A stretch of DNA of 57,403 nucleotides, from NCBI RefSeq assembly GCF_943914015.1, contig NZ_CALUAK010000002.1, forward strand, positions 1-57,403. Reading direction: 5' to 3'. The position numbers and the translations under genes are program-made. This DNA is from an uncultured Corynebacterium sp. Its GTDB lineage: Bacteria; Actinomycetota; Actinomycetes; Mycobacteriales; Mycobacteriaceae. A model generated the notes under the pieces. That model did not search any database. It was not told the origin of the DNA and saw only the letters and a list, made by a program, of their open reading frames with translations. Below, piece after piece: positions 57,403 through 57,403 of this stretch. How positions within the stretch are numbered: the first letter of the stretch is position 1; each line of letters starts with the position of its first letter.

Positions 57403-57403
57403 C

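Overview
High-GC actinobacterial chromosome segment, almost certainly Corynebacterium from gene content and order (inference). From left to right it holds: the 3' part of trpD; a maltose/maltodextrin-type ABC operon (musK/msiK with an msiK RNA motif, a kinase-like DUF4032 gene, musEFG, DUF624); ptrB, purC, purB, purD, hit, a small ferredoxin, phoRS and pqo; a DtxR-boxed iron ABC operon; tRNA-Thr(UGU), thrE, otsA/otsB and a LacI regulator; a Zur-boxed znuACB with a frameshifted znuC; rlmB-cysS-ispF-ispD-carD, lpqE, radA (with an orphan gene where disA is often found), beta-carbonic anhydrase and mutY. Between mutY and clpC is an ~13.5 kb co-oriented defence block: Type I R-M hsdM-hsdS-hsdR, a complete Wadjet/Mks jetABCD, a T4 endonuclease V-like DNA glycosylase and a small DUF4236 gene. 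A gene-fragment scar and ahpC-ahpD flank it on the right. The best candidates for new biology are the R-M + Wadjet + glycosylase module, a histone-H1-like KK(S/T)(S/T) repeat protein coupled to otsA, the orphan behind radA, a multi-hairpin spacer before radA, and pqo coupled to an iron-repressed operon. All family calls come from motif recognition by eye; no database searches were run.
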